This document shows, piece after piece, positions 1-9,572 of a stretch of 64,000 nucleotides of DNA. This DNA comes from a virus. Lineage: Duplodnaviria > Caudoviricetes. The stretch spans positions 41,622-105,621 of the IMG/VR virus record IMGVR_UViG_3300027969_004220. The stretch is one strand, 5' to 3'. A model generated the notes under the pieces. The model was not told where the DNA came from. It did not search any database and was given only the letters and a program-made list of their open reading frames with translations. How positions within the stretch are numbered: the first letter of the stretch is position 1; each line of letters starts with the position of its first letter. Made by a program: the position numbers and the translations under genes.

Positions 1-213
1 AAAGGTTGGGGATTATGGGTAAATCAATGGACTGATGGAATTGTTGATTGGTCATTCACAAAAGAAGAAATACTAAAAGAATTTGAATTAAGAGATATAG
101 AAATACCAGAATCACTAATGATTGAATGGGATAAATTGATACTAAAAAGAAAGATTATACGTAACGAAAATTATATGAAGTCTATTAAAATCTGAGATTA
201 TTCTCAGATTTTT

Positions 214-1176
214 TTATATACCTTTACTTAAATTTGTTAAGTGTTCAGTAATATCGGCAATTGTTAAAATGGCTGATTTTTCTGCATCTTCACTACTAAT
301 TTCCTTATTATTCTTATCAATTCCAGTAACCAATGAATCTATATCAAAATGTAAGTCTGATATTTTTAGGTAAATTTCATCAATTGAGGTTTTTATTTCT
401 CTTGCACAAATATTTATTAAACCCTCTAGATCAGAAATAGGTAAGGTAACTTTTTTAGTATTATTATTACTAATTTTATTGGTATTTAATTCAACATAAC
501 TTTTCACACCACTAACTACAATATTTCTATTTACATTTGTTTTATCACCACCACGTTTACTAACTGCAAAATCATCACTTATTATCTGACTATAATCTAA
601 AATATGTACATCTATATTGCTATCAGATTGATTTTTAAGACATATTACATAGTAGTCACATGGTTTTAATGTATTAACTTTAATAACATTACCTGCTTTA
701 TATAATTTTATTTGATATGTTACAATATCTTCACCGGTATCTTCCTCAGATGGAACTGTTTTAAATTCAGCAACAGATAATTCACTATATGATTTTGATG
801 CAGTAATATCTGCAATTGCACGACCAGCAGTTAATTTACCATGAATTAGTGAAGCAAGAAATCCTTCTAATAAAAATCCAGCACTTGACTCATTGAAATT
901 GGTTCTTAGTTCATTTAGATATTGTAATATTGTAATTAATGAAATTTTGTCTTTAATAGTTATATTATTATCATTTACTAGTTCATTTATCTGTGATAAT
1001 AATTTTACTTTTTTCTGTAAATCATATTTATCTTTTTTTCTACTATTTGGATTTTTAGTTAATATCTTATCTAATATCGTAACGTATCTAGCCATTCTAA
1101 TATACATATCATCATCCACTTTAATATTTACCCAACCTCTCGGATAAGTAAAGTTTTCAAATTTCATTATTTCCAT
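214..1176 (-). CDS. hypothetical protein, possible PD-(D/E)xK-like nuclease fold
   Basis: 320 aa ORF; GFLLEGFLA...AD...YQIK pattern; TAATATATA motif just upstream. Confidence 0.35.
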   Translation of the reverse strand: MEIMKFENFTYPRGWVNIKVDDDMYIRMARYVTILDKILTKNPNSRKKDKYDLQKKVKLLSQINELVNDNNITIKDKISLITILQYLNELRTNFNESSAGFLLEGFLASLIHGKLTAGRAIADITASKSYSELSVAEFKTVPSEEDTGEDIVTYQIKLYKAGNVIKVNTLKPCDYYVICLKNQSDSNIDVHILDYSQIISDDFAVSKRGGDKTNVNRNIVVSGVKSYVELNTNKISNNNTKKVTLPISDLEGLINICAREIKTSIDEIYLKISDLHFDIDSLVTGIDKNNKEISSEDAEKSAILTIADITEHLTNLSKGI

Positions 1177-1223
1177 ATTGTATATATTAAATCTTTTACT
1201 TACTTTTGTAAAAATTAAAGATT

Positions 1224-1493
1224 ATGGAGTTAAAAGATTTTCTAATAAAAACAGGTTTAAAATCTTCTGAGGTTTCATTTTTCTATAAGAATAGAACTGA
1301 TGAAAGACCGGTTGAAGTAAAAATAATTCAATCTAATAAAAAAGGAATGTGGGAAATAATTAGAAAAAGTCAAATTCAAGATAGAACTGAATATTCTGGT
1401 TTTTTCACAACTTTTTCTACTCTCTGGATTAAAACTCCATCAAGATTTTTAAAGGTAGGTAAATTATTACAAGAGTTGGATGCAGTTGAATAA
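1224..1493 (+). CDS. hypothetical protein
   Basis: 89 aa ORF just downstream of a TACTTTTG box at 1201-1208. Confidence 0.6.
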   Translation: MELKDFLIKTGLKSSEVSFFYKNRTDERPVEVKIIQSNKKGMWEIIRKSQIQDRTEYSGFFTTFSTLWIKTPSRFLKVGKLLQELDAVE

Positions 1494-1962
1494 AGATACA
1501 CCAAGAAGAATTAAACAACGTAAAGATTGTCGTACTGTACAAGAGATTAGAGATTTCTTGTTACAGTATTTTGACTTACACGATAGATACGAAAACAGAC
1601 AGTTTGGTCACCAAAGTAATTTCACTTTAACTTATAAAGATAAACCGAGAGGTAATAATCATACCGATATTAGTATAAAACTTGTGTGGTATAATGATGA
1701 AGATTTAGTTACTGAGGTTAAACTAGAATGGTATAAAGGTTGGAGAGACAACGATCGAGAATATAAAAATTACGAATGGACATTTAAGAATGAAGATTAT
1801 AATGATGAATGTTGGTTTCTATGGAATGATCAAGGTCGAAGAGATATAGTTGAAAACTGTGACATATTGACAGAGATTACAAATTTTATCATTAAATATG
1901 AAAAAAGATTACCACGTGCTCTCTCAAGAGATAATAAATTAAAACAATTGCTCGGGTTATAG
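1480..1962 (+). CDS. hypothetical protein with C-terminal RDxxLxxLL motif
   Basis: 160 aa ORF overlapping the upstream gene; ends SRDNKLKQLLGL. Confidence 0.6.
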   Translation: MQLNKDTPRRIKQRKDCRTVQEIRDFLLQYFDLHDRYENRQFGHQSNFTLTYKDKPRGNNHTDISIKLVWYNDEDLVTEVKLEWYKGWRDNDREYKNYEWTFKNEDYNDECWFLWNDQGRRDIVENCDILTEITNFIIKYEKRLPRALSRDNKLKQLLGL

Positions 1963-2030
1963 TATAAGTTTATATTATATATCATGATGTTACATGTTTT
2001 TGAAAATACTAATAAAAAATTAAATATAAA

Positions 2031-2636
2031 ATGAAGAAAATTGAATACGATCCATTTGTAACCAGACAATTCTCACAGAATTTTTCTGGAACTAAAGTAT
2101 CACTAGAAATTAAAGATGAACTTTTAGAAGTGATAAATGATGCTTATGAGCATTCTTCATCTGAAACCATGTTAAACTCTGACTGGGGTTTCTGTAAGTA
2201 TCTTATCTTACCAAATGAATTTGGAGTTAAATGTGCAGTTAGAGAAATCACACTAGATATTTATCCTTATATTAGAACTGACTATGTTCAAAGAACACCT
2301 GAGGAATTACCAATCTTGTCCAGATTTGCTCAATTACCTCCTGGGTTTAAGTCACAAGAAGCCAATTATATTGTCTTAGTTCTTTACACAAGAAGACAAT
2401 TAGAAAAAGAATTTAAACCTAAAGAAGAAGGACAAGAGTTTTACTTTGATGATTCTGTTAAATGGGGTATTGTTTCGATAATGGGAACTATGGAACCGAA
2501 GCCAGATCCACTTGTGCCAATTACAATTATGAGAAATGCTTTAGGTGTTGAAGAAGGTGGTAATGGAGAAACACTAGATAGAAAAGTTTATAACGAATCA
2601 GTGGAATTCTGGTCTAAATATATTTTAGTTAAGTAA
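2031..2636 (+). CDS. DUF3228-like protein
   Basis: RTPEELPILSRF and PITIMRNALGVEEGGNG...LDRKVYNESVEFW motifs recalled as DUF3228. Confidence 0.7.
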   Translation: MKKIEYDPFVTRQFSQNFSGTKVSLEIKDELLEVINDAYEHSSSETMLNSDWGFCKYLILPNEFGVKCAVREITLDIYPYIRTDYVQRTPEELPILSRFAQLPPGFKSQEANYIVLVLYTRRQLEKEFKPKEEGQEFYFDDSVKWGIVSIMGTMEPKPDPLVPITIMRNALGVEEGGNGETLDRKVYNESVEFWSKYILVK

Positions 2637-2875
2637 TGAAAAAATTTATAATCACATTTATCGTATCATTTATCGTATTCTATTTAATAGAGTATTCACT
2701 ACACTATTTCTTTGATATAGATCTCGATACACTTGAATTAGGATGGCTAGGATGGCTTGGTTTCATAATTGCTTATGGATTTAAGTTTCACATCTTTTGT
2801 TGTCTTATACCTCTTATTTTTACTTCGTATAAGTGTAAACATAAAAAATGTGAACACGATCACTGTAAAAAATAA
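2636..2875 (+). CDS. small membrane protein
   Basis: two hydrophobic stretches, Cys/His-rich tail. Confidence 0.55.
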   Translation: MKKFIITFIVSFIVFYLIEYSLHYFFDIDLDTLELGWLGWLGFIIAYGFKFHIFCCLIPLIFTSYKCKHKKCEHDHCKK

Positions 2876-2939
2876 ATCACCTTTTAATAGGTAAATACAA
2901 ATATATGTTGTATATTTGCAAAACAAAATAAATAAAAAT

Positions 2940-3701
2940 ATGGAACTTAAAGACATAAACGTAGATACAATTACATCAGATGAACTTTCAAAGGTTGACT
3001 TTTCAGTGTTTGCTAGTTTACTAACAGACTTAAAAAATGAACATTTAACAACTGATGAAGAAAGAAAAACTTTCTTAACTGTTTTAAAAAGAATGTATGG
3101 TGGAGACTCATTTCCACACGTTGACATCTATCTTAAAAATACTCAATCTGGAGAACTTATTGAGAAGAAATTCGTTGATATGGTAAACGGAGTTACTAGA
3201 GTAACTAGTGAGAACTATGACTTTTCATATGATGAAAATAATAAGAAAGGTGAAATTAAATCTATTAGAGTAATGTCTAGCAAAGATAAAGATAAGTATC
3301 CTGTACAAAGATCAATGTCTATCTTTGAAAAACAAACCTGTCTTTCTAATACAAGTTTTCAGCAAATTAAACCAAGTGAGTTTGACTCAATGGTTGGTGT
3401 GTTAGTTTACAAAGATGGTATAAGTATATACAATGTTCCAAATACAGTATTCCACCCAACAGTAATTAAGAAAACTGATAAGACTAAGAAAGCTTTTATC
3501 AAAGAATTAAATGATGCTGGTAAAATTGTACTATCTGGACAACACAAGTCTAACTTAACAGAAGGACAAATTGGATTTAACGAATTAAAAAAATATCTTA
3601 AATTCTCACTTTATGTAAAAGATGGTAACTACTACTACATTGAGAATGGTAAGAAAACTGACAAACTATACACTAACTTAGATTTTAGTGATTTACTATA
3701 A
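2940..3701 (+). CDS. putative PD-(D/E)xK restriction endonuclease-like protein
   Basis: GELIEK...YD...GEIKS pattern; convergent with a DNA methyltransferase; ATG 2940 follows TATATTTG box. Confidence 0.45.
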   Translation: MELKDINVDTITSDELSKVDFSVFASLLTDLKNEHLTTDEERKTFLTVLKRMYGGDSFPHVDIYLKNTQSGELIEKKFVDMVNGVTRVTSENYDFSYDENNKKGEIKSIRVMSSKDKDKYPVQRSMSIFEKQTCLSNTSFQQIKPSEFDSMVGVLVYKDGISIYNVPNTVFHPTVIKKTDKTKKAFIKELNDAGKIVLSGQHKSNLTEGQIGFNELKKYLKFSLYVKDGNYYYIENGKKTDKLYTNLDFSDLL

Positions 3702-3702
3702 T

Positions 3703-3730
3703 AAAAAAGGAGACTAATGTCTCCTTTTTT
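3703..3730. terminator. bidirectional intrinsic terminator
   Basis: aaaaaaggagac-taat-gtctcctttttt between convergent genes. Confidence 0.8.
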
Positions 3731-5157
3731 TATTTCTTATATTTAAACTCTTCCATAAATTCTACTGGAACTCCAAAGTAAAACTTACTATAAGTTTTCT
3801 TAATATTCTTATACCAATCAGACTTATAGATAAATATCATATACTCATAAATCATATCAATTGGCATTTCAGTATTTTCATACCAATACTTTTTAAATTC
3901 ATCAGTAAGATTATCTTCTATACCTGCAAGAGGAACTGTTCTTATACTCCCAGGACTTGAGTTTCTATTTGCATCATAATCTGTGTATCCATAATAATCA
4001 GTTGATATTGATGTTGGATTACTTGTAAAGTAAAAAGACTCCCCAGGATTACTATTTATAAGATAAACAAATGAAACCTTTTTAATACTCTCGTGTCTAA
4101 AATAGAATCTCCATTCATTTCTATGTTTTATTCTTTTATAATTATCAATATTCTGAAATACTGATAAATCATAAGAATCTTTGATCTCATTTATATAACC
4201 TAAAATTATTACCAATTTGTTATCATCGATTTTACTCAAGTGATAAGAATTATTATAAGACAGTTTATCTTTTAAATTAGTAAGATTAGTTTCTTCAAAA
4301 AAGATACTACAGATTCTTTGCATAAAATGTTCTTTAGGTTCATCTTTACAAGAAAGTAAAAAGGATTCTGCAGGAACACTACCTAAATATGTTTTCTTAA
4401 AAATCTTATTATAAGGTATGATATTTTGATTAGCACCTAAGAAATCTTCTAATAAAACTTCTTCATCATTATATAACATAGTTTTACTATTAGTAATAGT
4501 AGTAGTAAAGTGAACCAGAATTAAATTCTGGCTAACATTCTCGAAATTACTTTTATCAATATCTTTTATAGAAACGATATTCAAATGGTTATTTAAGAAA
4601 GTATAAAATGACTTAAATGCCTTTGTTGGATTTTGAAAGATTGTTTTCGGTAGAATATAAAAAACATCAGCTTCTTTATTTACATTTTTAATTACATCCA
4701 GTGTTTTTACTATAAAGAATATACATTCTTCTTTAACACCATCAATATTATATAATCTTTTCAATCTATCAATCTCAGGTTTTCTATCTTTTAAAGATAA
4801 TGCTGGGGTTCTATAAGGTGGGTTACCAACTAATAAAATTCTATCACAATCTTCGATGAAATCTTTATCTAAATCAAAGTCATAAATATTCTGATTTATC
4901 AACTGACAATTATCTATTGGTGCAAACTCAGAGAAAACTTCTTCATCTATCTCAACTGCAACAATCTTATTTTTATAAATCTTTCTAAATGATTTTACAA
5001 AGTTACCAGAACCAAAAGATGGTTCTATAAAAACAGTTTTATCAGTAATCTCAACAGGTAGTTCTGAAATAATTTTATCAGTACCTTCTATCTTAGTATT
5101 ATACTGACCAAGTATCTCTACCTTTGTATAATTATCTTTATTTGTTGCTTTTCTCAT
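3730..5157 (-). CDS. amino (N6-A/N4-C) DNA methyltransferase
   Basis: motif I IEPSFGSGNF followed by motif IV GNPPY (gamma-class order). Confidence 0.85.
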   Translation of the reverse strand: MRKATNKDNYTKVEILGQYNTKIEGTDKIISELPVEITDKTVFIEPSFGSGNFVKSFRKIYKNKIVAVEIDEEVFSEFAPIDNCQLINQNIYDFDLDKDFIEDCDRILLVGNPPYRTPALSLKDRKPEIDRLKRLYNIDGVKEECIFFIVKTLDVIKNVNKEADVFYILPKTIFQNPTKAFKSFYTFLNNHLNIVSIKDIDKSNFENVSQNLILVHFTTTITNSKTMLYNDEEVLLEDFLGANQNIIPYNKIFKKTYLGSVPAESFLLSCKDEPKEHFMQRICSIFFEETNLTNLKDKLSYNNSYHLSKIDDNKLVIILGYINEIKDSYDLSVFQNIDNYKRIKHRNEWRFYFRHESIKKVSFVYLINSNPGESFYFTSNPTSISTDYYGYTDYDANRNSSPGSIRTVPLAGIEDNLTDEFKKYWYENTEMPIDMIYEYMIFIYKSDWYKNIKKTYSKFYFGVPVEFMEEFKYKK

Positions 5158-5255
5158 TGTAAAAATTCTTTATTATTATATGAGTTTATATGATTAAAGT
5201 TTCAACTTTTACTTGTATTACCAATACAATTCACTATCTTTGTAATCTAAAATAT

Positions 5256-5642
5256 ATGAATATGAACGGAACTGTGCAAGTTGTGCTAGTGAATAAAGAA
5301 GGATTAGTATTAGGTGTATCAAGAAAGACAGACCACAATGATTTTGGTTTAGTTGGAGGATCATTAGAAGACTATGATGTAACACCAGAAGCTGGTGCTT
5401 TAAGAGAAACAAAAGAAGAAACTGGATTAGATATTACTAATCTAAAATTGATATATGTAAAAGTAACTAGAGACGGAAGAATAGGTTATACCTATTTGGC
5501 TGACTATTCTGGTGAAATAGAATATGACGAACCACACGTAGTTAAATGGACAACATTTAGCGAATTGATTAAAGGTTCATTTGGTCATTGGAATTTACAA
5601 GTTTATCAATCAATGTTAAATTTAGGAATAGAAGTTAAGTAA
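5256..5642 (+). CDS. NUDIX hydrolase
   Basis: Nudix box GGSLEDYDVTPEAGALRETKEETGL. Confidence 0.85.
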   Translation: MNMNGTVQVVLVNKEGLVLGVSRKTDHNDFGLVGGSLEDYDVTPEAGALRETKEETGLDITNLKLIYVKVTRDGRIGYTYLADYSGEIEYDEPHVVKWTTFSELIKGSFGHWNLQVYQSMLNLGIEVK

Positions 5643-6085
5643 TGAGTAAAAAAGAAAAATTAGAAGAACTTTATAAAAAACTAACAGACGGACAAAGATT
5701 TGGATTTAATTTTTTGTATGGTTCACCACATACTATAAGTGATGATAAAATAGATAAAGCCATTTCAATCTGTGAAAAGTATAGCAGTATAAAACCTAAT
5801 GTTATTACTACACTACCTGGTATAAATTTTACAAGTTCAACCGCATCTGTTACACCAACAGTAACATATTGTTTGTGTGGGAATATTCCATCAAAAGGCG
5901 ATATATTTTATTATCAATCAAAGTATAGTAAAGTTCCACTTGAAGGTATCGTTGATATTATTTATCATGACTCAATTCGTTCCAAAAATGGAACTGCTTA
6001 TAAATTTGATGAAATCATTGTTAAACCAAAGTTTGTAATAAGAGACGAAATACTAAATGAAATACTAAATGGGAAAGATAACTAA
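5642..6085 (+). CDS. hypothetical protein with C-terminal IRDEILNEIL motif
   Basis: 147 aa ORF coupled to the upstream gene. Confidence 0.55.
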   Translation: MSKKEKLEELYKKLTDGQRFGFNFLYGSPHTISDDKIDKAISICEKYSSIKPNVITTLPGINFTSSTASVTPTVTYCLCGNIPSKGDIFYYQSKYSKVPLEGIVDIIYHDSIRSKNGTAYKFDEIIVKPKFVIRDEILNEILNGKDN

Positions 6086-6272
6086 AGAACAAGTACAAAA
6101 ACTTCAAGAACAACAAGACAATCCAAGGTATCATCCTTATACGTGTTGTTCTTATGATGGATGCGAACGAGATAAACAACCAAATTGGGGAGCTTTAATT
6201 CCAACAGAAGATTGTTGGATCTGTCCGTGTGGAAAATATAAACAAGAATATCGTGAAGAAGCCTCAAATTAA
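6069..6272 (+). CDS. small Cys-rich (possible zinc-binding) protein
   Basis: HPYTCC...WICPCG. Confidence 0.55.
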   Translation: MGKITKEQVQKLQEQQDNPRYHPYTCCSYDGCERDKQPNWGALIPTEDCWICPCGKYKQEYREEASN

Positions 6273-6340
6273 ATTTTGAGGTTTTTCTTTTTTATTCAAA
6301 TAATTTACTTATATTTGTAATCTAATACAAAATATAAAAT

Positions 6341-7567
6341 ATGCAATCTGAAATTAAATATTCCAGTAAGTTCACAAACTTATTAAGACTTATCGACCAC
6401 CGTGTCGCAAAAATACTTTTAGACATTGAAAATAAAAGTCTTATAGTTACACAAAACTATATTGATCTTACCGACAAAAAAGATACTGTATCTTTTACAC
6501 CTGATAGAAAAGTTGCTGAAATAAAAGCCAGTATACCTCAGTTGTGGAAAACTACCGAAGATACAAGACATCTTACACACGGTTCTGCAAATGATAAAAT
6601 TTACGAAGATTTAGGATATGAAAAACCTAATAGAGATCCTTGGTCACCAGAGTATGGTACTTTAGGAACTATCTTAGGTGAAGCTAAGTCACGCACTACT
6701 GATAAAGTTTTTGTTATTTTTCAACAATATGAAGGTGACTATAAAGTTGTTGTAAACAAAGCTACTTTGATACAATCAAGTAATTTTAATAAAATCTGGT
6801 CTTCTAATAGAAACTCTATTAGAATCGGTAGATTGACTAGATCAATTCTATCTTCTGTTGGTGCAACATTTACAGAGAAAGACATTGAAGAATTTACTAA
6901 TAAGTTTAAGGCGGCTTATGACTTTAATAAAGATGCTACCAATAAATTTGATATAGTATCCGGTGAAGATATTGCAAAATGGTATCACTATGAGAAATAC
7001 ACTAAAGGTGGTGGTACACTTAATAACTCTTGTATGGCTAATGTAAAATCAGATTTCTTTGATATTTATGTTCAAAATCCACAAGTTAAATTAGTTATTC
7101 TTTATGATGATGCTGGTAAACTCGAAAATGGCAAATATACTTCTGATAAAATCAAAGGTAGAGCTATTCTTTGGGAAGGTGCTAAATGTGTTGGTGTAGA
7201 AGGCAATATAAACTTTATGGATAGAATTTACACAAGTAATGATTCTGATACAGATTTGTTTATAACATTTGCACAATCAAAAAACTTTTGGTATAAAAAA
7301 TCACAAAGTATGGATTTTGAGTGTACTATCTGTAATGGAGTTATCGAACAAAAAGCTAACATCACAGTTGATTTGGATGAAACTAACTTTTCTTTTTATC
7401 CTTATACTGATACAATGTCTTTTGCTAACTTAGATGATAATACATTGATGAACTTCAATGATAAATATGATAGAAGACTTAGAGGTACAAACGGTGGATA
7501 TGAAGGTTCAGACGATCACTATTATGATCCACAAGAATACGATGAAGATTATTATGAAGAAGATTAA
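6341..7567 (+). CDS. conserved phage protein (SCM / GRAILW / MDRIY / PYxDT family); paralog of 29435..31339
   Basis: motif blocks shared with the 634 aa ORF. Confidence 0.7.
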   Translation: MQSEIKYSSKFTNLLRLIDHRVAKILLDIENKSLIVTQNYIDLTDKKDTVSFTPDRKVAEIKASIPQLWKTTEDTRHLTHGSANDKIYEDLGYEKPNRDPWSPEYGTLGTILGEAKSRTTDKVFVIFQQYEGDYKVVVNKATLIQSSNFNKIWSSNRNSIRIGRLTRSILSSVGATFTEKDIEEFTNKFKAAYDFNKDATNKFDIVSGEDIAKWYHYEKYTKGGGTLNNSCMANVKSDFFDIYVQNPQVKLVILYDDAGKLENGKYTSDKIKGRAILWEGAKCVGVEGNINFMDRIYTSNDSDTDLFITFAQSKNFWYKKSQSMDFECTICNGVIEQKANITVDLDETNFSFYPYTDTMSFANLDDNTLMNFNDKYDRRLRGTNGGYEGSDDHYYDPQEYDEDYYEED

Positions 7568-7610
7568 ATAAAAATCCTCCAATGTGAGGATTTTTTTGTA
7601 TCTTTGTACT

Positions 7611-7964
7611 ATGAAAATCAAACTACAAGATGTTAAAGAAGAAATCGAAGATATAATCGATGGTGTTCTTGTAGAACTAATTGATGATGATTTTGAAGTT
7701 AGAAAAGTTTTTGTAGATTCTGATACTTATAATTTTGGTGCTAGACATATTATAGATGTTTATATAACCAAAGATAAAAAAGGATTTAAAATAAGTAAAA
7801 TACAACCAAAGGTTTTAACAGTTGTTGATTTTATGAAACGAAGATATAACGCAATTATATCTTATCAAACAATGGAAAGTAATAGTAAAAGAGAATTTCA
7901 TAAAACCTTTCCTCTTTTTAAATATAATCTTATAAAGAAATTTAAAATAACTATAACTATTTAA
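7611..7964 (+). CDS. hypothetical protein
   Basis: ORF after a TATCTTTG box. Confidence 0.5.
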   Translation: MKIKLQDVKEEIEDIIDGVLVELIDDDFEVRKVFVDSDTYNFGARHIIDVYITKDKKGFKISKIQPKVLTVVDFMKRRYNAIISYQTMESNSKREFHKTFPLFKYNLIKKFKITITI

Positions 7965-8236
7965 TAAAAAAATCATATAATTTATGATAGTATTTATACT
8001 AAAAAGAAACAACGATTCAATTGGACTATTCAAGTATCGAAACCCTAAAACAAGGTATCATTGATACTTTAAGGAATTGGGAATGGAATGTAACTGATAT
8101 ATTAATCGAAAATGATCAAATTAATATATCTTTTAATGCAGAAACTGATGGTGTTATAAAGTTTTATGAGGAAGACACCACCGGAAGTTGGCACTTTGAC
8201 GAAGTAACTGTTATTTAAAAAATTAAAACATATATT

Positions 8237-9232
8237 ATGATAATCAAATCAGAAATAAACCCGAAAGACTTTGAAGTTGGTACAATTATTGGCCGTTTTC
8301 AAGTAAACAAACTACACGATGGTCATAGATCACTAATCAACTACGTATTAGATAACCATAAAAAAGTAATCATACTTTTAGGTGTATCAAGAGTTCAAAA
8401 CACTCGTAAAAATCCACTAGACTTTGCTTCTCGTAAAGCAATGATTCAAAAAGAATTTCCTTCTGTTATGATCTTACCTATTCAAGATCAAAGATATAAC
8501 GAAAAATGGTCTCACGATGTTGATTCTATTATCCCTATTCCATTCGGTGAGAAAAAAACTGTAATCTACGGAAGTAGAGACTCTTTTATTCCTTACTACT
8601 CTGGTAAATTCCCAGTAATCGAATTAGAAGAAAGTGTTACTTACAACGGTACAAATATCCGTGAAGAAGTTGCCAAAGAAACTTTAGACTCTGACGACTT
8701 TAGAGCAGGTGTTATCTACTCTTCTTTTAACCACAGACCTACAACTTTCCCGACTGTTGATATTGTTGCACACGATAATGAAGGTAATATACTTTTAGGT
8801 AGAAAACCTAATGAGAAATTATTTAGATTTGTTGGTGGTTTTGTTGATACTTCAGATAGTTCATTTGAAGCAGCAGCTTTAAGAGAACTTAATGAAGAAA
8901 CTGGTGGTAACTTAGTGGTAAATAAAAACTTAACATACATTACTTCTCAAAAAGTAAATGACTGGAGATACAAAGGTGAAGAATCTGGTATAATGACTAC
9001 ATTATATTTGGCAACAAGACACTTTGGATTTGCGAAAGCTTCTGACGACATAGCTGAAGTAAAATGGGTACCTGCTCAAAAATTTAGTAATTATGATGGT
9101 ATTAGAACTGGAATTGTTCCAGAACACAGAGAGTTGATGAAAACTTTCATTGATAAAGTTTACGATCAAAATCTTATGCCAATTGGTGAAAGATTAGAAG
9201 AAAGAACTAATGTAACCTATACAGCAGAGTAA
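8237..9232 (+). CDS. nadM: bifunctional NMN adenylyltransferase / NUDIX (ADP-ribose pyrophosphatase)
   Basis: IGRFQ..HDGH (HxGH) nucleotidyltransferase plus C-terminal Nudix box GGFVD...AALRELNEETG. Confidence 0.9.
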   Translation: MIIKSEINPKDFEVGTIIGRFQVNKLHDGHRSLINYVLDNHKKVIILLGVSRVQNTRKNPLDFASRKAMIQKEFPSVMILPIQDQRYNEKWSHDVDSIIPIPFGEKKTVIYGSRDSFIPYYSGKFPVIELEESVTYNGTNIREEVAKETLDSDDFRAGVIYSSFNHRPTTFPTVDIVAHDNEGNILLGRKPNEKLFRFVGGFVDTSDSSFEAAALRELNEETGGNLVVNKNLTYITSQKVNDWRYKGEESGIMTTLYLATRHFGFAKASDDIAEVKWVPAQKFSNYDGIRTGIVPEHRELMKTFIDKVYDQNLMPIGERLEERTNVTYTAE

Positions 9233-9567
9233 TGAATAATCCAGTTATAAAGGTAGGAAATGGTTTAATGATGTTACAATCTTATCCATTTAATTGGATA
9301 AGAGAGTCAGTTTATACTGGCAGTTTTGGACCACCATTTTACTATTACATATTTTTAGGTGATATGTCTGGTGGTCCTACGTGTGTCTATAAAGAGGAAG
9401 AAAATGAACTAGCTATTTCTGACTTAAAGTTTAAAGTTGAAAGTATAGAAGAAGCAGGTAAAATAGTTCTTAAACTTACACAAGGTATGGGAAAGAATTT
9501 GGAAGGAACTGTACATGAATCTGCTGCAGACATTAGAGATAAAAAGATAGAAAAAATATTAAATTAA
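9232..9567 (+). CDS. hypothetical protein with C-terminal IRDKKIEKIL motif
   Basis: 111 aa ORF inside the NAD operon. Confidence 0.55.
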   Translation: MNNPVIKVGNGLMMLQSYPFNWIRESVYTGSFGPPFYYYIFLGDMSGGPTCVYKEEENELAISDLKFKVESIEEAGKIVLKLTQGMGKNLEGTVHESAADIRDKKIEKILN

Positions 9568-9572
9568 ATATT

